NCBI GenBank assembly: GCA_919902105.1
Contig: CAKKQO010000023.1
Span: 2,128 to 66,127 of the forward strand
Length of the DNA stretch: 64,000 nucleotides
Source: Omnitrophica bacterium GWA2_41_15
Lineage (GTDB): Bacteria; Omnitrophota; Gorgyraeia; Ghiorseimicrobiales; Ghiorseimicrobiaceae
Reading direction: 5' to 3'
The notes under the pieces were generated by a model. That model was not told where the DNA came from. It worked only from the letters and a program-made list of their open reading frames with translations, and did no database searches. This document shows positions 30,726-39,893 of this stretch, in pieces (within the stretch, counting starts at the first letter, position 1; the number at the start of each line of letters is the position of its first letter). A program made the position numbers and the translations under genes.

Positions 30726-31103
30726 ATGCTAAAGAGTATTTTCAAAACAGGCATCCTATTAAGCGTAGGCCTTCTTCTTATTACGGGTTGCGCAAAGACT
30801 AAAAACATTGATGATTTGTTACTCCATTTTGAAAGCCAGGGGCTATCCATAGAAGATCCGCCCGCCATAAGTGCCGAAGAAAAAAGGGTTGTGGAGGGCG
30901 CTAAGAAAATGTTTGCCGCGGCCGGGATTAAAGGCGGCAAAAATGGCCCGGTTGAGCGGAAAAAGAAAATTATAGAAGGCATAAAGGTTGGCATAAGCAG
31001 GTACGCAAATAATATTCTGGCCGAAAAGGCATGCCAGAATTTAACCGCATTTGAAGAACGGCGCAAAAAACGCGCTATCGAAAAATCTTCACCATATTTT
31101 TAA
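30726..31103 (+). CDS. Lipoprotein of unknown function; an in-frame TAA is followed by 48 more open codons
   Basis: Signal plus lipobox LLITGC. After the TAA at 31101-31103 the same frame remains open to TAG 31248-31250. Confidence 0.55.
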   Translation: MLKSIFKTGILLSVGLLLITGCAKTKNIDDLLLHFESQGLSIEDPPAISAEEKRVVEGAKKMFAAAGIKGGKNGPVERKKKIIEGIKVGISRYANNILAEKACQNLTAFEERRKKRAIEKSSPYF

Positions 31104-31281
31104 AAGGGTTATTTTTTAAACGCTACGTTTCTGTTAGAGGTTGAATATTATAAAGTAAAAATATTGCCGGGGGGCCTAGGCGCGGATAAGAGTAGCATAG
31201 ATGAAACCGCCTTATCAAAAATTAAGCAGGCCTTTGAGAGTTTTAAGTAGCTCTAAGCGGAATTATTTAGTTGGATTTATA

Positions 31282-31310
31282 TTGATTAGCGCGGCGGTAT
31301 TTGTTATATT
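31282..31310 (+). promoter_or_regulatory. Candidate sigma70-type promoter upstream of the small island
   Basis: TTGATT, 17-nt spacer, TGtTATATT (extended -10), 43 nt before ATG 31354. Confidence 0.45.
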
Positions 31311-31353
31311 TAAAAAGTGGTAGAGTGACGGAAATAATGAGGAAAAATTTAAT

Positions 31354-31698
31354 ATGGTTAAGAAATTAAATTTTTTGACGGCCTTGGTCACTTTCATCGC
31401 AGCGGTTATAGGATTAATCATAGGGATTCAAAATAGTACTAAAATTGTATCTCTGACAGCGAATGTTAATTCAAATAATATTCGTGTTAACGCAGATTTA
31501 AATAATATAAGCAATAAAATCATATCTATCAATAAAGATATCACGACTATTCGTGGTGATGTTAAGAATGCCGCGGGTATGAAAATAACTGCTATAGGTG
31601 GTGGTCAAGGCGATGTTACCGGTATGAGTGTAACAGCGATTGGTGATGGCAAGAGTAATATTACAGGCTTAGAAGTTGATACTATAATTGGGGAATAG
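31354..31698 (+). CDS. Small membrane-anchored repeat protein, unknown function
   Basis: One N-terminal TM helix, an N-rich middle, and C-terminal 15-aa tandem repeats GMKITAIGGGQGDVT / GMSVTAIGDGKSNIT / GLEVDTIIGE. Confidence 0.5.
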   Translation: MVKKLNFLTALVTFIAAVIGLIIGIQNSTKIVSLTANVNSNNIRVNADLNNISNKIISINKDITTIRGDVKNAAGMKITAIGGGQGDVTGMSVTAIGDGKSNITGLEVDTIIGE

Positions 31699-31701
31699 AA
31701 A

Positions 31702-32004
31702 ATGTTATCACGAAATAAAATTATAGAAATTTTAAAAAAAGAATTTCCGCGCTTAAAAGCTGAATTTAGCGTAAAAAAGATAGGTATTTTTGGCTCCTAT
31801 GCGACGGGTGCGGCGGGGAAAGCCAGCGATGTGGATATTTTTATAGATTTTACAAAACCCATAGGCCTTAAGTTTATGGATTTAGCCGAGCATTTAGAAA
31901 AAATATTGGGGAAAAAGGTAGATATCTTGACTCCTGCCGGCATAAAGGGCATAAGAATAAAACAAATCTCTCAAAGCATTAAGAAAAGTTTAATCTATGT
32001 CTAA
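31702..32004 (+). CDS. mntA: MNT-type nucleotidyltransferase antitoxin
   Basis: GIFGSYATG...SDVDIFIDF (GS-x-G / DxD minimal nucleotidyltransferase motif). 100 aa. Overlaps the next gene by 8 nt. Confidence 0.85.
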   Translation: MLSRNKIIEILKKEFPRLKAEFSVKKIGIFGSYATGAAGKASDVDIFIDFTKPIGLKFMDLAEHLEKILGKKVDILTPAGIKGIRIKQISQSIKKSLIYV

Positions 32005-32341
32005 AAGAGCGGACAAGGATTTACTTAGCGATATCAAAGAATCTATCCTGCGGATAAATAGATATAGCGATAAGGTAACTTATGCGGAATTTATGCGGGA
32101 TACCAAAATCCAGGATGCGGTAGTGCGTAACATTGAAATTATCGGCGAGGCGGTAAAGAATTTATCTGAAGCAGAAAGAAGAAAGTATCCAAAAGTCCCA
32201 TGGAAAGAGTTAGCCAAAATGAGAGATAGGCTTATTCACCATTATTTCGGGGTTAATTACGAAATTGTTTGGAGTATAATCAGAGAAGAATTACCGAATA
32301 TTGCGGCAGGGCTTAAGATGAGTAGCGGGGGATTAAAATGA
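31997..32341 (+). CDS. hepT: HEPN/DUF86 RNase toxin
   Basis: R-x4-H motif (RDRLIHHYF). 114 aa. Classic MNT-HEPN pair order. Confidence 0.85.
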   Translation: MSKRADKDLLSDIKESILRINRYSDKVTYAEFMRDTKIQDAVVRNIEIIGEAVKNLSEAERRKYPKVPWKELAKMRDRLIHHYFGVNYEIVWSIIREELPNIAAGLKMSSGGLK

Positions 32342-33207
32342 CTTTTAAGGAGAAGGTGCAGGCTAAAAAGTTTATTGTAACCGATGAGGTTGGCCCGCCA
32401 AAGGGTATTGAGACTAAGGTGATTTTAGAAGATTGCGCGTTGATAAAAAACCGCGTGGATGCGATTAACGTTACCGATTTACAGAGCTCAGTTATGCGGC
32501 TGGGGTCTTTGGCAGTTTCAGGTATTCTAAAACAGCACGGCTTTGAGCCGGTATATCAGCTAACCTGCCGGGATAGGAATCGACTGGCGCTTCAATCGGA
32601 TATTTTATCCGCCGCCGCTTTGGGGATAGAAAATATTTTACTTTTAACCGGCGACCATCCTTCGTTAGGCGACCACCCGCAGGCAAAGGCGGTATTTGAT
32701 ATTGATTCGGTGCAGTTGCTTGATGCGGTCAAGGGGATAGAGCAAGGCGTGGATATGGCTGGAAAAAAATTGCAAGGTATGCTTCCAAAATTTTTTAAGG
32801 GGGCTGTGGTTAATCCAGGGGCTGAGCCGCTTGAGCCGCAGATCCTAAAGATGAAGAAAAAGATTGCCGCGGGCGCTGAATTTTTCCAGACGCAGGCAGT
32901 GTATGAAGTAGATAAATTTGCCAAGTTTATGTCCGAGGTAAAGAGTTTTGGCATACCGATATTTGCCGGGATTGTGCTTTTAAAATCTGCTGGTATGGCG
33001 CGTTTTATGAATAAAAACGTTGCTGGTGTATTTGTACCGGATAATTTGATAAAGGAAATTGACGAGGCAAAAGATAAGCAGGTAAAGTCGGTTGAGATTG
33101 CCGCGCGCTTGATTAAAGAATTAAAGCCGCTATGTCAAGGCATACATATTATGTCTATCGGCTGGGATAAATTAGTGCCGAACGTCTTAGATGCCGCTGG
33201 TTTATGA
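32338..33207 (+). CDS. metF: Methylene-tetrahydrofolate reductase, acetogen-type small MetF
   Basis: VGPPKG, INVTDLQ, QLTCRDRNRLALQSD, LLLTGDHP, FFQTQAVY. ATGA overlaps on both sides. Confidence 0.88.
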   Translation: MTFKEKVQAKKFIVTDEVGPPKGIETKVILEDCALIKNRVDAINVTDLQSSVMRLGSLAVSGILKQHGFEPVYQLTCRDRNRLALQSDILSAAALGIENILLLTGDHPSLGDHPQAKAVFDIDSVQLLDAVKGIEQGVDMAGKKLQGMLPKFFKGAVVNPGAEPLEPQILKMKKKIAAGAEFFQTQAVYEVDKFAKFMSEVKSFGIPIFAGIVLLKSAGMARFMNKNVAGVFVPDNLIKEIDEAKDKQVKSVEIAARLIKELKPLCQGIHIMSIGWDKLVPNVLDAAGL

Positions 33208-33689
33208 AAAAACTTTATTATGATGTTTCCAAGTGCTTGGCGTGTAAATCTTGTGAGATTGCCTGTGCTGTAGGTAAAAGCACATCTGGCGAATTATTTA
33301 AGGCAATCTTTGAAGAAGTCAAACCGCAGTCATGCGTTGAGGTAAAGACAACCGGAGGAAAAAATTTCCCGATTGCCTGCCGTCATTGTAAAGAGCATCC
33401 GTGTGTATCTGCTTGTATCGCCGGAGCATTAAGTTACGACCAAGCTAAAGGCAGGGTGATTTACAATAAAGATAAATGCGTGGGCTGCTGGATGTGCGTG
33501 ATGGTTTGCCCTTATGGGGCAATCCGGGATAATAAAGAGCTTAAAATTCCTATAAGATGCGATTTGTGCGCCGATGTGGATGAACCGCGCTGTATAAAGG
33601 CCTGCCCTATGGGGGCGATAATGTTTTTGGAAGAAGAAGAGTTTGATAAGATGTTAGCCGAGAAGAAGGTAAATAAAAAACCTGTGTAA
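33204..33689 (+). CDS. CooF/HycB-like ferredoxin with four [4Fe-4S] Cys motifs
   Basis: CLACKSCEIAC, CRHCKEHPCVSAC, CVGCWMCVMVCP, CDLCADVDEPRCIKACP. Confidence 0.85.
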   Translation: MKKLYYDVSKCLACKSCEIACAVGKSTSGELFKAIFEEVKPQSCVEVKTTGGKNFPIACRHCKEHPCVSACIAGALSYDQAKGRVIYNKDKCVGCWMCVMVCPYGAIRDNKELKIPIRCDLCADVDEPRCIKACPMGAIMFLEEEEFDKMLAEKKVNKKPV

Positions 33690-33714
33690 TCTCTTTTTAG
33701 AATCGGTGTAATCT

Positions 33715-34974
33715 ATGGCTACAAAAAATATTGTTATTATCGGTAATTCTGCGGCAGGAGTTTCCGCAGTTGAGGGCATTCGCACAAAAGACCGCGAAAG
33801 TAAAATTACTATTATTTCGGATGAGCAATTTTTAGCTTATTGCCGCTGCCTTATCTCTAATTATTTGGCCGGCACAATAGCCGAGAAAGACTTGGTTTTT
33901 AGAGATAAGAATTTTTATTCCGAAAATAAAGTTGAACTATTACTGGAGAAAAAAGCTGAGCGCATTGATACAAAAAAGAAGAAGGTTTATTTGGAAGATA
34001 AAACAGTAATTCCTTACGATGCGCTGCTGATTGCGGCTGGAGCGTCTCCTAAAATGCCCAAGGATTTAAAGGGTATAAATAAAAGAGGGGTTTTTGGTTT
34101 CCGCACCATTAAAGATACTAAAGAAATCTTAACCATTGCTTCTATTTCGCATACCTCCTGTGTTTTAGGAGGCGGTCTAGTCGGTTTAAAGGCCGCTTAT
34201 GGTTTAGCCAAGCGTAAGCAGGACGTCAAAGTAATTGTTAAGTCTAACCGTATTCTTTCGCAGATTGCCGATAAACAGGCCTCGGAATTATTTTTGAGCC
34301 GTTTTTCCGAAAATGGCATTGAGGTAATGCTTAATACTGATGTTTCCGAGATTATCGGCAACGGCGATTTAAAGGCGGTTAAGCTGGATAATGGGAAAGT
34401 TATCGGCTGTTCTTTGGTAATCGTAGGCAAGGGCGTTTCTCCTAATACAAAATTAGTTTTAGAATCAGATATTAAGATAGATAAAGGAATTTTAGTTGAT
34501 GAGCACCAATGCACAAATATAAATGATGTTTATGCCGCAGGCGATGTGGCGGAAACTTTTGATGTGGCTACAGAGAAATACGAGAATAACGCTCTCTGGC
34601 CTTGCGCAGTTGAACAGGGCAGGGTTGCCGGATTAAATATAGCAGGCGAGAATCTTCAATATGCCGGCTCACTTGGCATGAATTCCATTGAGTTTTTTGG
34701 GTTACCGCTTATTTCTTTTGGCGTATTTGACGGTGAATATGAAACGGTTTCTTCTTTGGATAAGGGAAAAGCAATTTATCGGAAATTAGTATTTAAAAAC
34801 AGCCGTTTAATCGGTGCTTTATTGGCAGGAAATATTCATAATAGCGGGCTTTATCTGAGGTTAATTAAAGAAAGAAGCGATATTTCAAAAATTAAAGATG
34901 ACTTATTAGATGTAAATTTAAATTATGCTAAGATTGCGGAGTTAGTGAAAGAGGAAGAGAAAATTTATATTTAA
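33715..34974 (+). CDS. FAD-dependent pyridine nucleotide-disulfide family NAD(P)H oxidoreductase
   Basis: N-terminal IVIIGNSAAG (FAD), a second GGGLVGLKAAYG dinucleotide fold, and AAGDVAE near the C-terminus; 419 aa. Confidence 0.8.
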   Translation: MATKNIVIIGNSAAGVSAVEGIRTKDRESKITIISDEQFLAYCRCLISNYLAGTIAEKDLVFRDKNFYSENKVELLLEKKAERIDTKKKKVYLEDKTVIPYDALLIAAGASPKMPKDLKGINKRGVFGFRTIKDTKEILTIASISHTSCVLGGGLVGLKAAYGLAKRKQDVKVIVKSNRILSQIADKQASELFLSRFSENGIEVMLNTDVSEIIGNGDLKAVKLDNGKVIGCSLVIVGKGVSPNTKLVLESDIKIDKGILVDEHQCTNINDVYAAGDVAETFDVATEKYENNALWPCAVEQGRVAGLNIAGENLQYAGSLGMNSIEFFGLPLISFGVFDGEYETVSSLDKGKAIYRKLVFKNSRLIGALLAGNIHNSGLYLRLIKERSDISKIKDDLLDVNLNYAKIAELVKEEEKIYI

Positions 34975-34988
34975 AGGGGATAAAAAAT

Positions 34989-37172
34989 ATGTCTAAAATA
35001 GTTGCACAAGCAGTTATTCGCGGCGCAAAAAAAATTGCCAAACTTGCAGAGGATGATTTGACTAAAGCAATTCTAGATAAAGGGGAAAGCCAAAAGGTAG
35101 AATTTCCCGAGACGGCTTTTTATTTTCCTATGGCCAATGCCCTTTTGGGAGCGGAGGTAAAAACCTTAGGCGATGCCAAGAAGATTTTAGCGCATCTAAA
35201 GAAGCTCCTGCCGTGCGAAATTCCCACGGATCAACTCTGGCTTCCTTATTTGGGCGATGCCTTAGACGCCGGAATCGCTACTTTATTGGCTGAAGAAATA
35301 ATCGTCGCTATCCGTTATCTTTACGGTAGAGAGCCTCAGGCCGATTGCAATGGCTTTTTTACGGATACGATTATGCGCTCTCTGGGGATTCAATTGGTTG
35401 ATGGCCGTATGCCTGGCTTTGCCGCGATATTAGGAGCAACACCCGATAACCAGATAGCTTTGGAAATTATCCGTCAGCTTCAGGAAAGAAATATCCTTAT
35501 TTTTGTGGGATCAGAAAGCTCCGGCCGCTCCATCGTTGACCAATTAAAAGAAGAAGATGTGCAGATGGGCTGGGACAATTATATTGTGCCTTATGGCCGC
35601 GATACTATCTCGGCAATCTATCCTCTAAATTGGGCGATAAGGTCAGCGCTTACCTTCGGTGGACTTAAACCGGGACAGGCAAAAAAATGCCTGCTTTATT
35701 GTAAAGAAAGGGTCTTTGCTTTTGGTTTAGCTTTAGGTTTAGTTGATGATGAAAAATATGCTACGGGAGCAGGTGCAATTAATATGGGCTTTCCGGTAAT
35801 CGCGGATACAGATATTCCAGAGATTCATCCCACAGGAATTACTACATATGAAGCGTTGGTAAAAGAATTAGATTACAAGAAAATTGTGCCGCGTTGTATT
35901 GAGGTAAGAGGAGTCAAGGTAAAAGTTGCCCATATCCCTATTCCGGTTCTCTATGGCGCGGCTTTTGAAGGAGAGCGCGTGCGCAAAGAGCAGGTATTTG
36001 CCGAATTTGGAGGAAAGCTTTCTTTAGCATTTGAATATTTAAAAAGTTGTGATTCAGATAGAGTAAATGACGGTCAAGTCGAGCTTATCGGACCGGATAT
36101 AGATAATATGCCCGAGGGCACAAAATCCATGCCTCTGGGGATAGTGATAGAAGTTGCCGGACGGAAAATGCAGAAAGATTTTGAGCCAATCTTTGAACGG
36201 CAGATTCACCATTTTATAAATTGCGCTATGGGCTTAATGCATGTCGGCCAGCGGGATATGGTTTGGATACGCATAAGCAAGGATGCGGCAGGCAAGGGAT
36301 TCCGGCTGAAACATATCGGCGTACTTTTGCATGCTAAATTGCACGAAGATTACGGAGCAATTGTAGATAAGGTAAGTGTGAAACTTTATACTAAACAGGA
36401 AGATGTGGAGAAATTTGTTGAGGAGGCAAAGAAGGTTTATAGCGAGCGCGATGAGCGCATCAGCGGAATGACTGATGAAAGCGTGGATACCTTTTATTCC
36501 TGTATGTTGTGCCAGTCTTTTGCTCCTAACCATGTCTGCGTAATTACTCCAGAAAGGCTGGGGTTATGCGGTGCTTATTCCTGGCTGGATACCAAAGCCG
36601 CATATGAGATTATGCCTTCAGGCGGAAATCAGCCGGTTAAAAAAGGAAAGGTGATAGGTGAAAAACTCGGCCAGTGGGAGGAGGTGAATAAGTTTTTTTA
36701 TAACAAGTCCAACAAGACTATAGAGAAGGTGAGCATGTATTCTATTATGGACAATCCCCAGACCTCCTGCGGATGTTTTGAATGTATTCTGGCTATAATC
36801 CCCGAGGCAAACGGGGTGATGGTTGTGCACCGTGATTATTCTGGGATGACTCCCTGCGGTATGAATTTTACCACTTTGGCTGGCTCGGTTGGCGGTGGAG
36901 TACAGACCCCGGGTTTTTTAGGAGTGGGTAAATTATATCTTGTAAGTAAAAAATTTATCTCCGCAGATGGCGGGCTTGCGAGACTTGTCTGGATGCCCAA
37001 GGAATTGAAGGAAATGCTGGCAGATAAATTGAAGAGGCGCGCAAAGGAGATAGGCATACCTGATTTTATAGACAAAATTTCCGATGAAACTAACGCTACA
37101 ACCAGCGAGGAACTCCTTGCCCATTTAGAAAAAGTTGGACATCCAGCTTTAAAACTTCCACCGTTAATGTGA
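34989..37172 (+). CDS. acsB: Acetyl-CoA synthase catalytic subunit (A-cluster subunit of CODH/ACS)
   Basis: Near-colinear with my recollection of Moorella AcsB: FYSCMLCQSFAPNHVCVITPERLGLCGA, TSCGCFECILAI (Cys-Gly-Cys A-cluster ligands), TLAGSVGGGVQTPGF, KKFISADGG; 727 aa. Confidence 0.95.
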   Translation: MSKIVAQAVIRGAKKIAKLAEDDLTKAILDKGESQKVEFPETAFYFPMANALLGAEVKTLGDAKKILAHLKKLLPCEIPTDQLWLPYLGDALDAGIATLLAEEIIVAIRYLYGREPQADCNGFFTDTIMRSLGIQLVDGRMPGFAAILGATPDNQIALEIIRQLQERNILIFVGSESSGRSIVDQLKEEDVQMGWDNYIVPYGRDTISAIYPLNWAIRSALTFGGLKPGQAKKCLLYCKERVFAFGLALGLVDDEKYATGAGAINMGFPVIADTDIPEIHPTGITTYEALVKELDYKKIVPRCIEVRGVKVKVAHIPIPVLYGAAFEGERVRKEQVFAEFGGKLSLAFEYLKSCDSDRVNDGQVELIGPDIDNMPEGTKSMPLGIVIEVAGRKMQKDFEPIFERQIHHFINCAMGLMHVGQRDMVWIRISKDAAGKGFRLKHIGVLLHAKLHEDYGAIVDKVSVKLYTKQEDVEKFVEEAKKVYSERDERISGMTDESVDTFYSCMLCQSFAPNHVCVITPERLGLCGAYSWLDTKAAYEIMPSGGNQPVKKGKVIGEKLGQWEEVNKFFYNKSNKTIEKVSMYSIMDNPQTSCGCFECILAIIPEANGVMVVHRDYSGMTPCGMNFTTLAGSVGGGVQTPGFLGVGKLYLVSKKFISADGGLARLVWMPKELKEMLADKLKRRAKEIGIPDFIDKISDETNATTSEELLAHLEKVGHPALKLPPLM

Positions 37173-37322
37173 AAAATTTATCTTGCAACTTGGAGCCAAA
37201 TATATTAAAATAAAGATACCTTAAGAGGCAAGTCCTCAAAAGATAGTCCTGCTGATTTTTCCAATTTTACTGCCTAAAAACTTTAATAAATTTCGACATA
37301 TCTTTAGCCCTATCTAAAAGTT

Positions 37323-39890
37323 ATGCCTAAGCCAAAATTATTCCTCTTTGACGCGAATTCGTTCTGTTACCGCGCCTTTTTTGCTATTAAGGCGAATCTC
37401 GCCACCTCTTACGGCCAGCCCACAGGCGCGGTCTACGGTTTTTTAAATATTTTAAACAAAATTCTCAAAGATAATAGGCCGGATTACCTGTCTATATGTT
37501 TCGACGTAAGCCGTGATACTTTCCGTAAAGAAATATTTACCGATTACAAAGGAAACCGTCCTGCTATGCCGGATGAGCTTGTATCGCAGATAGCGATAAT
37601 TAAAGAAATAATTTCGGCTTATAAATTTTATATTTTTGAAAAAGAAGGATTTGAGGCGGATGATATCATTGCCACTATTGCTACAAAGGCGCAAGCTGAG
37701 TTTGAGGTATTTATAGTTTCTGCTGATAAGGATATGCTGCAGTTGGTTAATGATAATATCAAAATATATAATCCCTACCATAGCGAGCGGATAATTAATA
37801 AGGATATGGTAATAAATCGTTTCGGAATTACACCAAAACAGATAGCCGATATGGTCTCTCTAACCGGAGACGCGATAGATAATATTCCCGGTGTAAAAGG
37901 CATAGGAGAAAAAACCGCGCTATGTTTGATGAAAAAATACGGCGACTTAGATAATTTATTACTACATCTTGAAGAAATATCGCCGCAGCGCGTAAGAATT
38001 ATGTTAGAAGAGCAAAAAGATAAGCTGTATTTAAGCAGGAAGCTGGCAATCTTAAATACCGAGGTAGGCCTAGATTTGGATTTTAGTAAATTAAAAGTAG
38101 TAGGCCCGGATTATGATAGCCTACATAGGATTTTTAAGAAGCTTGAATTTAAAAACTTACTTAAAGGCCTGCCGGCTAAACCCAAGGATTTTAAGCAGGA
38201 GGCATTCATTAAAAAATTAAATGAAATCTCCGAGGTCAAAGAATTAATTGAGGCAATACGAAAAGAAAAAATAATGATATTTTTGCCCGAATTAACCGAT
38301 AGTAAGATTTCAAAAATTTACCTTTATCAGGGCGATAAAAACTACTCTATAGAAGAAGAGTTTTACCAAGAGGTGAAAGATATTTTTAGCGATGAAAAGA
38401 TTAAGAAAATAGGGCATAATTTAAAACAGGCAATAATAATGCTTGCTAAATATAAGATTAAACTTAGGGGCGCGTATTTTGATGTGATGCTTGCTGCCTA
38501 TATTTTAAATCCTGCGCAGGCCTCCTACGATTTAGGAGATTTAGTATCTGAATATTTAGAGAAGGATATCAGCGAAAGCCTTCAGGCTCAAACCTTAGTA
38601 AGCCTTATTCATAAATTAAAAGAGGCATTAGATAAAAGCCTTAAAGAAAGAATGCAGGAAAAATTATTCCACGATATAGAAATGCCTTTGGTAGAGGCTC
38701 TCTCTGATATGGAACTTGCGGGCGTCAAACTTGATTTAGATATTTTAAAATCTTTATCAAAAAAGTTAGGAGAAAGGATATCCGTATTAGAAGATGAGAT
38801 TTATAAAATTTCCGGCAAAAACTTTAATATAAACTCGCCAAAACAGTTAAGGTTTATTTTATTTGATAATTTTAAATTACCCGTTATAAAGAAAACAAAA
38901 ACCGGGCCTTCCACTGATGAGGAGGTATTGGCTAAATTAGCTAAGCAAAATCCCCTGCCGGCTTTAATTTTAGATTACCGGCGGTTAATAAAATTAAAGT
39001 CTACCTATATAGATGCTTTGCCTGAATTAGTAGATATAAATGATGGGAAGTTGCACACTTCTTTTAATCAAACAGGCACACAGACAGGGAGGCTGTCTTC
39101 ATCCCGCCCCAATTTACAGAATATACCGGTAAAAACCGAAGAAGGCCGCAGGATCCGCCTTGCTTTTATTCCGAGAAGCCCGGATAATTTATTATTATCT
39201 TGCGATTATTCACAGATAGAGTTAAAGATACTGGCGCATTTATCGAAAGATACAAACCTTATCCATGCATTTTGCGAGGGTAAGGACATACATCGTTACA
39301 CCGCGTCATTAATTTTTGCAACCACCGAAGATAAAATTAGCCAAGTAATGCGTGATACCGCTAAACGTGTTAACTTTGGGATAATTTATGGAATAAGCAG
39401 TTTTGGCTTATCCAAAGATTTAGACATCAGTAATGAAGAAGCCCAAAAGTTTATCGAAGAATATTTTTTGAGGTACCCGCAAGTTAAAAAATATATCGAC
39501 GACACCATTGCCGCCGCAAGGAAAGATGGCTTTACTGCAACGCTCTTGGGCCGCAGGAGGTATTTAAATGAAATAAACAGTTCCAATAACCAATTAAGGG
39601 CATTTTCCGAACGCCAGGCTATAAATGCGCCTATACAGGGCAGCGCCAGCGATATGATAAAACTGGCAATGGTCAATATTCATAATGAACTCGAAAAAAA
39701 ATCGCTTAATTCAAAAATGATTATTCAGGTCCATGATGAACTCATCTTTGATGCGGAGAAAAAAGAAATAGATGGTTTATGCGCCTTAGCGGTCAGGAAT
39801 ATGGAGAATGTTTTAACGCTATCTGTCCCTATAAAAGTTGAGGCAAAGAGCGGCAAGAATTGGTATAACATGAAACCGATAACACTGTAG
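37323..39890 (+). CDS. polA: DNA polymerase I
   Basis: 5'-nuclease domain (LFDANSF.YRAFFA), a central exo-like domain, and pol motifs DYSQIELKILAH, RDTAKRVNFGIIYG, QVHDEL. Confidence 0.95.
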   Translation: MPKPKLFLFDANSFCYRAFFAIKANLATSYGQPTGAVYGFLNILNKILKDNRPDYLSICFDVSRDTFRKEIFTDYKGNRPAMPDELVSQIAIIKEIISAYKFYIFEKEGFEADDIIATIATKAQAEFEVFIVSADKDMLQLVNDNIKIYNPYHSERIINKDMVINRFGITPKQIADMVSLTGDAIDNIPGVKGIGEKTALCLMKKYGDLDNLLLHLEEISPQRVRIMLEEQKDKLYLSRKLAILNTEVGLDLDFSKLKVVGPDYDSLHRIFKKLEFKNLLKGLPAKPKDFKQEAFIKKLNEISEVKELIEAIRKEKIMIFLPELTDSKISKIYLYQGDKNYSIEEEFYQEVKDIFSDEKIKKIGHNLKQAIIMLAKYKIKLRGAYFDVMLAAYILNPAQASYDLGDLVSEYLEKDISESLQAQTLVSLIHKLKEALDKSLKERMQEKLFHDIEMPLVEALSDMELAGVKLDLDILKSLSKKLGERISVLEDEIYKISGKNFNINSPKQLRFILFDNFKLPVIKKTKTGPSTDEEVLAKLAKQNPLPALILDYRRLIKLKSTYIDALPELVDINDGKLHTSFNQTGTQTGRLSSSRPNLQNIPVKTEEGRRIRLAFIPRSPDNLLLSCDYSQIELKILAHLSKDTNLIHAFCEGKDIHRYTASLIFATTEDKISQVMRDTAKRVNFGIIYGISSFGLSKDLDISNEEAQKFIEEYFLRYPQVKKYIDDTIAAARKDGFTATLLGRRRYLNEINSSNNQLRAFSERQAINAPIQGSASDMIKLAMVNIHNELEKKSLNSKMIIQVHDELIFDAEKKEIDGLCALAVRNMENVLTLSVPIKVEAKSGKNWYNMKPITL

Positions 39891-39893
39891 ATT

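Noticed and set aside
37173-37322. The 150-nt acsB-polA spacer as a possible RNA gene or terminator
   Set aside because: No convincing stem-loop, T-run or repeat similarity was found.
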